Below are positions 63,698 through 64,000 of a stretch of 64,000 nucleotides of DNA, piece after piece. Position numbers and translations under genes: made by a program. The first letter of the stretch is position 1; every line of letters begins with the position of its first letter. The notes under the pieces are model-generated. The model did no database searches. It was given only the letters and a program-made list of their open reading frames with translations, and was not told the origin of the DNA. The DNA is from Octopus sinensis (lineage: Eukaryota): positions 4,402,001 through 4,466,000 of the forward strand of contig NC_043017.1 in the NCBI RefSeq assembly GCF_006345805.1. The letters run 5' to 3'.

Positions 63698-64000
63698 AAG
63701 TAGTAAATAAATGGCACAACTAAGTGCCGATATTTACTGGAAATAGCGAACGTAAAAATACGACGCTAATGTATAGCTTCACCGCGTATGTATTAGCAAA
63801 AATGCGTGTGTGCAACAAACTAGAGAAAATCGTCTTACCTCCAGGGAGAACATCGGAAAGATGAAATACCTGGAAAAGGATAATGTGGGACCTGCAGGTT
63901 TCAGATTTTAAAGATATGTCTACCACCCATATCTTGTTCTATCTTCATCAGCCAAGCATATACCATGACAAAATCTACGATGTTACCACATTAATGCTAT
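63696..64000 (-). mobile_element. probable Penelope-like terminal repeat inserted in (TA)n, runs off the window
   Basis: CpG-containing segment starting abruptly at the (TA)n tract and carrying the hammerhead. Confidence 0.55.
63883..63959 (-). ncRNA. Penelope-type hammerhead ribozyme with canonical core
   Basis: TGG-CTGATGA-AGAT..AAGATATG..CATATCTT..ATCT-GAAACC-TGCA-GGTC-CCA; GUC cleavage triplet. Confidence 0.75.

Overview
AT-rich, microsatellite- and SINE-dense animal DNA whose repeat families look cephalopod (Octopus-like; inferred, not database-checked). The whole window lies inside one + strand gene, a Vav-family Rho/Rac GEF. I assembled 21 GT-AG exons in consistent phase (2878-62516, about 594 codons) encoding DH-PH-C1-nSH3-SH2; the CH/acidic exons and C-terminal SH3 lie outside the window. 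Almost none of this appears in the ORF track, which is mostly microsatellite and SINE noise. Splicing highlights: a pair of mutually exclusive nSH3-SH2 linker exons whose donors are regenerated by the next exon, a candidate 21-nt PH-domain microexon in a 20-kb intron, and a 24-nt PxxPxR microexon. The C1 domain has lost one of its two zinc sites. The introns carry several retroelement-borne hammerhead-ribozyme-like motifs: a non-circularly permuted one behind a HERO-like LINE end, a G3:C8-swapped core, a tandem minimal pair, and a canonical-core one. All RNA structures were folded by eye and none of the alternative splicing is confirmed by transcripts.
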